Part shown: positions 48,563 through 55,623 of the stretch, one piece after another
Numbering within the stretch: the stretch's first letter is position 1
How the letters are laid out: each line of letters starts with the position of its first letter
NCBI GenBank assembly: GCA_963750805.1
Contig: CAVVSV010000015.1
Span: forward strand, 7,468-71,467
Reading direction: 5' to 3'
Length of the DNA: 64,000 nucleotides
From: an uncultured beta proteobacterium
Lineage (GTDB): Bacteria; Pseudomonadota; Gammaproteobacteria; Burkholderiales; Burkholderiaceae_C
Made by a program: the position numbers and the translations under genes
Notes under the pieces: model-generated
Seen by the model: only the letters and a program-made list of their open reading frames with translations
Databases searched by the model: none
What the model was told of the DNA's origin: nothing

Positions 48563-50983
48563 CTATTTGATGCAAACCTGCCGCACCATCTTGATGTCGG
48601 TCAGCCCCATCATGATTTTTTCCATGCCATCCATTTTCAGGGTACGCATGCCGCCTTCGACTGAAGCTGCAAAAATCTCGGCGACCCGCGCACGTTCCTG
48701 AATCAGCTTTTTGACGTCGTCATCGGCGATCAGCAACTCATGCAGACCAATCCGACCTTTGTACCCGGTCTTGTTGCACTTGTCGCAACCGACGTGGCGG
48801 AAAAACCGGAGTTCACCGTTTTGTCCATAGACGTTTCTCCAACTGTCTACCAATTTCCGGGTTTCTCCGTCGTAGTCCAGTTTCCAGGCTGCTGAGTGTT
48901 TGAGCTCTTCGGAGTACTCAGCAGCAAACAAGCGCAATTCTTCTGGGTCAGGTACATAAGACTCCTTGCAATCACAAAGCTTTTTGGCAAGACGCTGGGC
49001 CAGAATGCCCAACAAGGCATCGGCAAAGTTGAAAGGGTCCATGCCCATGTCGAGCAGTCGGGTAATGGACTCGGGGGCCGAGTTGGTATGCAGTGTAGAG
49101 AACACCAAGTGACCGGTCAGCGATGCTTCCACGCCCATGGAGACGGTTTCCTTGTCGCGCGACTCTCCCACCATGATGATGTCGGGGTCAGCCCGCAAAA
49201 AAGCCCTCATTACCAGTGCAAAGTCGATGCCAGCCTTCTTGTTGATCTGAACTTGTCGCAAGCCCTTTTGGGTGATTTCAACCGGGTCTTCTGCTGTCCA
49301 GATTTTGGTATCTGGCGTGTTCAGGTGCTTCAATATGGAGTGAAGCGTCGTGGTCTTACCGGAGCCGGTAGGTCCACACACATAGAACAATCCGTAGGGC
49401 TTTTCAATGGTGCTGACAACACGTTGTTTGTTATGTGGCGTCAGCCCCAACTTGTCCAGCGGAATGGGTTCACCAGCCGCCAGGATACGCATCACCACAT
49501 CCTCAACGCCACCCGCAGAAGGAATGGTTGCAACCCGAAGTTCAATGTCCAGTGGGCCATATCTTTTGAACTTGATCTTGCCGTCCTGTGGCTTGCGACG
49601 CTCGGAAATATCAAGGTCACACATGATTTTCAGGCGAGTCACCATCGCCTGTCTAAAATGTGACGGCACTTCGATATAGGGCATCAAAGTACCGTCAATC
49701 CGAAAGCGAATGCCAGTCTTGAGTTTGCCTGGCATTGGCTCAATGTGAATATCGGAAACCTTTTGGTTGTAGGCGTCAATGATTACCTTGTTGACGAATT
49801 TCACCAGTTCATTGTCTGCCGCTGCGGAGGCGAGCGAGTCATCATTGGAGCCATCGTCAATGGGCGCGCCGTCCATATCTGCGAGCATCTCATCGATGGA
49901 TCCACCCTCGACGCCTGCGCCAAACACCTGCCCCAGCGTTTCCTGAAACTCTGCCTGGGTTGTGACTCTGTAGGAAAACTTGGTGATCTTGGAGAAAACC
50001 TGCGGCACGATACGTGAGCCACGCACCGCCTCAGGATCAACACACATGATGACCAGGCCTTCAGGGGACTCCTCCAGGGGAAGCCAGCCATGCTCAACGA
50101 CAAAATCCCGTTTAAGTGGGCCGTGAAGCATTTCCGAGCGAATCCGACCAGCCGAAAATGGCTCGTAAGGAACCCCAAAAAACTTGGACAGCGACGGTCC
50201 AATTTGGGAAGGGCGCACCTTGTAGTTGGCCATCAGCGTGTATTCAACAGTTTGGCCAGCTTCACGGGCCTCCTGAACGCATTTCTGGAGCTCGTCGGAC
50301 GTGATGAATCCTTCAGATATCAGTCCATCGTATTTGGTCGCAACTTTTTTCTGACCGTCGTCTGCCTTTTGAACGCGTTGGCGAATGGCCGTCCCTAAAG
50401 TCTTGCAGAGCTGTGAAACGCCCTCGACTTCAAGGTCACTGAAGGGCTGATTTCCCTTGTTATTGATAACCTGAAGTACACCGTGGAGGGTGTCACCCTC
50501 CATGATGGGCGCAACCAGCATTTCCCGAGTGCGGTAACCTGAGCGCTTGTCAACTTCCTTCAGGAAAGTCAGCGATGGATGAATCCTCTTGAGCGCTTCA
50601 TCATCGTAAACATCTGAAAGATTGAGCAGTTTTTTGCTATAGGCCGCATAACCGGCAATGCTTTGAGGAGAAATAGGAAGTTTGAGATCGCGACTGCTGT
50701 TGAGTCCTGTCTTGATTTTCGAAACAATGGCCGTTTTGTCGTCGTTGACCGCGTAAAGCGTCAACCGGTCTGCATTGAAGAGCCGGCAAATGTCCTGGCT
50801 GGCCTCGAGCATGATTTGCTCAACATTGTCAGTCTCATGAATTCTTGCCGTGACTTGCTGGAGTTGGCGATAGAACAGCGCTTCAAATGTCATGCCGCGC
50901 TTGTCTGCGGGGAGTTTTTGAGAGTCCAAAAACGCTTGGTCCGGCTGCTTTTCTGCGCCTGGCGGTTTCATCACGGCATTCAT
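48563..50983 (-). CDS. GspE/PilB-family secretion ATPase with N-terminal GAF domain (GAF - T2SSE_N - ATPase), 806 aa
   Basis: A GAF-like region spans about aa 45-205 (...LTLYAVNDD...HGVLQVINNK). A T2SSE_N-like segment follows. The ATPase part has Walker A GPTGSGKTTT, Walker B IMVGESRD, the His box STLHTNSA and a C-terminal GCDKCNKTGYKGR. Confidence 0.85.
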   Translation of the reverse strand: MNAVMKPPGAEKQPDQAFLDSQKLPADKRGMTFEALFYRQLQQVTARIHETDNVEQIMLEASQDICRLFNADRLTLYAVNDDKTAIVSKIKTGLNSSRDLKLPISPQSIAGYAAYSKKLLNLSDVYDDEALKRIHPSLTFLKEVDKRSGYRTREMLVAPIMEGDTLHGVLQVINNKGNQPFSDLEVEGVSQLCKTLGTAIRQRVQKADDGQKKVATKYDGLISEGFITSDELQKCVQEAREAGQTVEYTLMANYKVRPSQIGPSLSKFFGVPYEPFSAGRIRSEMLHGPLKRDFVVEHGWLPLEESPEGLVIMCVDPEAVRGSRIVPQVFSKITKFSYRVTTQAEFQETLGQVFGAGVEGGSIDEMLADMDGAPIDDGSNDDSLASAAADNELVKFVNKVIIDAYNQKVSDIHIEPMPGKLKTGIRFRIDGTLMPYIEVPSHFRQAMVTRLKIMCDLDISERRKPQDGKIKFKRYGPLDIELRVATIPSAGGVEDVVMRILAAGEPIPLDKLGLTPHNKQRVVSTIEKPYGLFYVCGPTGSGKTTTLHSILKHLNTPDTKIWTAEDPVEITQKGLRQVQINKKAGIDFALVMRAFLRADPDIIMVGESRDKETVSMGVEASLTGHLVFSTLHTNSAPESITRLLDMGMDPFNFADALLGILAQRLAKKLCDCKESYVPDPEELRLFAAEYSEELKHSAAWKLDYDGETRKLVDSWRNVYGQNGELRFFRHVGCDKCNKTGYKGRIGLHELLIADDDVKKLIQERARVAEIFAASVEGGMRTLKMDGMEKIMMGLTDIKMVRQVCIK

Positions 50984-51771
50984 AGCTCAAATTCCTGGCC
51001 AGCGCGAAGCCAGCGAATGTCGTGCGTCACATTGGGGCCTGTAATGGCTGTTTCATCAAACTTTTGAATTTCCGCCATGATCAGCGCGGTTTCGGCGGGC
51101 TTGGTATGAGTGATGTAAATGGGATACCTGTTTTCACGCGATATGAAGTCCAGCTCGTTGGCCAGGACCACGGGCGACAAGTGAAGGCTCAGCTTGGCCA
51201 AATCTTTTTCTCGATTGCTGAATGCGGTTTCAATTACCAGCATCGCGACATTGAGTTCATTCACTCGGTTCCAAAATGCAGGATTACGCTCGGTATCGCC
51301 AGTGAAGACCCAGCAACCTGTGCCCGCCGTGACTGCATAACCGACAGCCGGGACGGTATGAACAGCGGGCAAAACTTCGATCAGCTTGCCTTTGAGTTCG
51401 AGGGTCTGGCCAGTTTTGATTTCGTGAAACGAAATAAACGGTGCCTCGGGCGTAGGAATCCGGCTGAAATCCGGCCAGATGACATTATTGAAGATATGGG
51501 CACGCAGCGCAGCAATGGTTCCAGCCAGCGCATGAATCTGAATAGGGGACGTTCGTCGCGAAGCAATTGCATCCACCATCAAAGGCAATGCGGCGACATG
51601 GTCTAGATGAGAGTGCGTCAAAAAAACCTGATTGATGCCACTCATTTCATCAAGTGTCAGATCTCCAACGCCTGTGCCCGCATCAATCAAAACGTCGCCG
51701 TCAATTAGAAAAGACGTGGTTCTGCAGTCTTTGGCAATGGCACCTGAACAACCCAGAACGCGAACCTTCAT
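50980..51771 (-). CDS. class-II-type 3',5'-cyclic-nucleotide phosphodiesterase (MBL fold)
   Basis: 263 aa with the H-x-H-L-D-H core (THSHLDHVAALP) and the MKVRVLGCSG start typical of PDEase_II proteins. Its stop overlaps the ATPase start (ATGA). Confidence 0.7.
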   Translation of the reverse strand: MKVRVLGCSGAIAKDCRTTSFLIDGDVLIDAGTGVGDLTLDEMSGINQVFLTHSHLDHVAALPLMVDAIASRRTSPIQIHALAGTIAALRAHIFNNVIWPDFSRIPTPEAPFISFHEIKTGQTLELKGKLIEVLPAVHTVPAVGYAVTAGTGCWVFTGDTERNPAFWNRVNELNVAMLVIETAFSNREKDLAKLSLHLSPVVLANELDFISRENRYPIYITHTKPAETALIMAEIQKFDETAITGPNVTHDIRWLRAGQEFEL

Positions 51772-51780
51772 CTCGATTCC

Positions 51781-54033
51781 CTATTTCGTTTCAAAGTTTG
51801 TTGCGCCGTCCCACTCAGGATCAAACGGCAACATTCGCATAGAGGCTACACGTTCCAGGTACAACTGGTAAAGGTACTTTTTGGCGTTCGTGCGGGTTAA
51901 GTTGATGAGCAGCACATCGGATTGATCCCAGTCTTGCTGCCGATAGGCCTTGATGAACGCAGACCAAGTCTTCAGTTCGGATGCAGATTCCGGCTCCAGT
52001 TCGCTGGTCAATGCCCTTGGGTAGAAAATTGCGACTGCTTGTTCCTTCCCCTTGACCCGAACCTTATCAAGTTCCTGCCAAGCAAATTCCGGTGCCAATT
52101 TTCTCGTGGATTCTGACACCACGATGTCAACACCGTACGCTTTTGAAAGCCCCTCAAGCCGTGAACCCAAATTCACTGCATCGCCAATTACCGTGTAACT
52201 GCGCCGGATGTTGGATCCCATGTCACCCACGCACATACTGCCAGTGTTGAGCCCTATGCCAATGCCAATTTCGGGAATGCCTTTGGCTCGGTGATCCTTG
52301 TTGATGGCACTGATTTCACGCGCCATTTCCATCGCCGCTTTCACCGCCAAGCTGGCGTGCTCAGAGGTTTCAACGGGTGCCCCCCAGAAGGCCATGACGC
52401 AATCACCCATGTACTTGTCAATGGTTCCCCTGTTCGCCCGAATCAAATTGGTCAATCGAGAAAACACGCCGTTGAGCAATTCCTGCAATTGGATGGGCTC
52501 CATTTGCTCGGACATTTTGGTGAACCCGCGCATGTCGCAAAACATCACGGTGAGCTCTTTATTGCTGGCCTTCATGCTGTAGCTGTCTGGGTCTTTGACC
52601 ATCTCGTCCACCAATTCTGGCGGAACATAAGTCCCAAAAAGGTTGGCCAACTCGCGTTTTGAGCGACTTTCAACAAAGTAGCCGTAGCTCATATTCAGTG
52701 CAAATGCCGCCACCGCCATGGTCAGCGATGATGCGAGTGGCAATACAAGCCCAAATGACAGATACATCCAGAAATTGAAAGCCACCAGAACAAACACCAC
52801 ACCTGCACTGAGCATCATGGCTCTAGACGCTGATAACAAGGGCAGGGCAATTGCCAATGTGAAACCAGCCAGCACAAGCATCACGACGTCATACCCTACA
52901 GCGTAGTCCGGTTTGACCAATACTTTTCCGTCCAGAAGACCGGAAATTACATTGGCGTGAGTTTCAACCCCCGGGTAAGTTTCTCCCACTGGCGTGACTC
53001 GCAAATCAACCAAACCTGGCGCGGTGGTACCCAGTAGTACGATCTTGTCTTTGAGAGCACCCGGTGCAACCCGTTTAGCCAGAACATCAGCAGCAGATAT
53101 ATATTTGAAAGACCCGGAATTGGCGCCCCCATAGCCGCGAAATGGCACCAAGGCGGATACCCTGTCATCCACTGGAATGGCCAGGGTCTTCTGCTCACCA
53201 AGTTTCAAAAGAATACTTTCCAACCCCTGGTAGTTGCGGCTCAGAAACCGCTCTTTGGGAAAGCCGGGCGACACAGTTGGCATGCCGATAACGGCCCGAA
53301 ACATGGCTAAGGACAATGACTCGTAGTACTGACCTTTGTACTCTGCGATCAAGGGTAGCGACCTGACCACGCCATCTGTTTCTGTGATCGAATTGAAAAA
53401 CCCCGCCAGAGGTGCCGCCTTGGCAAGCTGTGGAATATTGGACCCGTAACCGTTCCAGGACGTGAACCGAATGGGGCGACCCTGGACGGATTCCTTGGGC
53501 ATGACGGTAGTAGGTAGCACCCCCGACGAACGGCCATCCCTATCGCTGGTGAGGTAGTACCCCATGACCACTGGCTTCTTTTCAAGGGCTTTTGCAAACG
53601 TGGCATCGTAATCAAGCGAGCTCTGTAAATTCTGAAGCCGTTCGGCAAATCCAGGCTGATCACGAAGCTCGTTTTTAGCCAATTCGTTGAGCCGCTTCAG
53701 GCCGGAGCTATCGTCTGCTTCGGCAAAGACAACGTCAAAGCCAAGCAACGCAATCTTTTGATTGTCAAAAAGCTCACTGGTCAGGTCGCCCATTTTGTTG
53801 CGACCCCAAGGCCACCGGCCAACTTCAGCCAGGCTTTTTTCGTCAATGTCCACAATGACGATTCGCTCATCCAGAGTTTGGGGCATCGTGGCGCGCAGGC
53901 GCGCATCGTAAATGATGTCATCCAGACGCTGAAGGACGCCAATGTGGACAATGCCAACCGCATGCAAACTTGCAAACAGCAAGGGAAGCAACGTAATGGC
54001 GATGCGGGGCCAGTGTTTCAGAAGCGATTTCAT
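51781..54033 (-). CDS. CHASE2-domain class III adenylate/guanylate cyclase
   Basis: The order is N-terminal TM, periplasmic CHASE2-like domain, three TM helices, then a cyclase domain (FCDMRGFT, GDCVMAFWGAP, IGDAVNLGSRLE). Confidence 0.85.
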   Translation of the reverse strand: MKSLLKHWPRIAITLLPLLFASLHAVGIVHIGVLQRLDDIIYDARLRATMPQTLDERIVIVDIDEKSLAEVGRWPWGRNKMGDLTSELFDNQKIALLGFDVVFAEADDSSGLKRLNELAKNELRDQPGFAERLQNLQSSLDYDATFAKALEKKPVVMGYYLTSDRDGRSSGVLPTTVMPKESVQGRPIRFTSWNGYGSNIPQLAKAAPLAGFFNSITETDGVVRSLPLIAEYKGQYYESLSLAMFRAVIGMPTVSPGFPKERFLSRNYQGLESILLKLGEQKTLAIPVDDRVSALVPFRGYGGANSGSFKYISAADVLAKRVAPGALKDKIVLLGTTAPGLVDLRVTPVGETYPGVETHANVISGLLDGKVLVKPDYAVGYDVVMLVLAGFTLAIALPLLSASRAMMLSAGVVFVLVAFNFWMYLSFGLVLPLASSLTMAVAAFALNMSYGYFVESRSKRELANLFGTYVPPELVDEMVKDPDSYSMKASNKELTVMFCDMRGFTKMSEQMEPIQLQELLNGVFSRLTNLIRANRGTIDKYMGDCVMAFWGAPVETSEHASLAVKAAMEMAREISAINKDHRAKGIPEIGIGIGLNTGSMCVGDMGSNIRRSYTVIGDAVNLGSRLEGLSKAYGVDIVVSESTRKLAPEFAWQELDKVRVKGKEQAVAIFYPRALTSELEPESASELKTWSAFIKAYRQQDWDQSDVLLINLTRTNAKKYLYQLYLERVASMRMLPFDPEWDGATNFETK

Positions 54034-54096
54034 GAAGGCCCTGCAAAAATAAGCTTGAGTGCTCTGTCGGTGAGCCCAGCTCGGTCCGCTTATTGC

Positions 54097-54777
54097 CTAG
54101 ACAAGGACGAACTGCATTTGCGTACCTGCCAGTTCGATTAAATCGCCATTCTTAAGTGCAACGGGATCAACCCCAATGGGTGCACCGTTCAAAGTCGGGT
54201 TGCCCGCTCCCTCCACATGATGAACCACAAAGCCATGCTGGCGTCGGGTAATTGCTGCCACCGCCACACCAGGCTTTCCTACCGTTGTAACCACTTTTGT
54301 GAGCGGAACTTCCCGACCGGAAGCAGCGCCGGACAAGACTTTGATCGAAGCTTTTGAACCGGTTGCCATGACTGGCTCGGGTGCAGAATAGGCGGGCATT
54401 GAAGGCACGGGTGCGGGTGCTGCGGGCGCTGCCATGCCCGCCAACATTCCCGGTTTGACCATCATCGTTTTCTCGAAGCCTTGTTCAGCCGCTTCGTTGA
54501 CGTACTTGATTTTGTATTTGCCGACTTCTATAACGTCCGCGTTCTGTAGCAACTGTTTTTTGGCAGCCTTGCCATTGACGTAAGTGCCGTTGGTACTGTT
54601 CAAATCTTCCAGATAGACCTCGCTACCGGTCATTTGCAAAACCGCGTGCTCGCCACTCACGGCAAGATTGTCGATCACGATATCGTTATAGGGACGACGC
54701 CCAAGGGTGGTTCTGTCCTTGGTAAGTTGGACTTCCTTGATGACAACACCGTCAATCGACACGATCATTTTCGGCAT
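54097..54777 (-). CDS. FHA-domain protein (N-terminal FHA, Ala/Pro linker, second FHA-like C-terminal domain)
   Basis: TLGRRPYNDIVIDNLAVSGEHAVL...STNGTYVNG is a canonical FHA. The C-terminal 85 aa ends in ...LNGAPIG...GDLIELAGTQMQFV. Confidence 0.8.
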   Translation of the reverse strand: MPKMIVSIDGVVIKEVQLTKDRTTLGRRPYNDIVIDNLAVSGEHAVLQMTGSEVYLEDLNSTNGTYVNGKAAKKQLLQNADVIEVGKYKIKYVNEAAEQGFEKTMMVKPGMLAGMAAPAAPAPVPSMPAYSAPEPVMATGSKASIKVLSGAASGREVPLTKVVTTVGKPGVAVAAITRRQHGFVVHHVEGAGNPTLNGAPIGVDPVALKNGDLIELAGTQMQFVLV

Positions 54778-54825
54778 GACCGACTCCTGTTCCTGAAATT
54801 TTTGATTTGAAAACTCATAAAACTG

Positions 54826-55611
54826 CTATTTTCCAAGCAATCTGGATATTAAACCGCGTTTTTCACCCTCTGCTCCAGCCTGAACCATCAAGACCGTGAT
54901 GTTATCGCGACCCCCATGTTCATTCGCGGCCGCGACAAGACGTTCGGCTTTTTGATCCAATGAAATATCGGTCGCCAGAATACCCGCTATCTCTGCATCA
55001 TCCACCATGTCCGACAACCCGTCAGAGCACATCACATACAGGTCACCAGGTTCTACCTGATGTTCATTGAGCTCCAGCATAACAGCGTCTTCCACCCCCA
55101 ATGCCCGGGTTACCAAGTTCTTGTACGTGGAGGTCGCCGCTTGTTCAGGCGTAATCATGCCTGCATCGATCTGCTCTTGCAGCAGCGAATGGTCTTTGGT
55201 AATTTGCTCAAACTCGCCATGGCGCAACCGGTAGCACCTCGAATCTCCGATGTGGCCCAACATCAAGTTGGCGTCCTGAAATACCGCCACAATCAAAGTG
55301 GTGCCCATACCTGAATAGTGGGCATTGGAGTTCGCTGCATTGAAAATTGAGCGATTGGCGTTGTCGACACAAATCTCAAGGGCACGCCTTACTTCTTTTG
55401 TCTTGGCATTCCGGCCGGCCTCCGAGAGCCATCGTGCCATTTCGGACTTGATGAAGGCTGTTGCCATTCCACTGGCAATTTCACCAGCGTTATAGCCCCC
55501 CATTCCGTCAGCCAACACGCCCAATCGCGTCGCTTCATCAAAAGACGCAGCGTCTTCATTGTTGTCTCTGGCCCGGCCAGGGTCTGTTTTTGAGCAAAAC
55601 GTATAAATCAT
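54826..55611 (-). CDS. PP2C-family Ser/Thr protein phosphatase
   Basis: RARDNNEDA, DGMGG and GGRDNITV motifs. Confidence 0.9.
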   Translation of the reverse strand: MIYTFCSKTDPGRARDNNEDAASFDEATRLGVLADGMGGYNAGEIASGMATAFIKSEMARWLSEAGRNAKTKEVRRALEICVDNANRSIFNAANSNAHYSGMGTTLIVAVFQDANLMLGHIGDSRCYRLRHGEFEQITKDHSLLQEQIDAGMITPEQAATSTYKNLVTRALGVEDAVMLELNEHQVEPGDLYVMCSDGLSDMVDDAEIAGILATDISLDQKAERLVAAANEHGGRDNITVLMVQAGAEGEKRGLISRLLGK

Positions 55612-55623
55612 TGCGTCTTCTGT

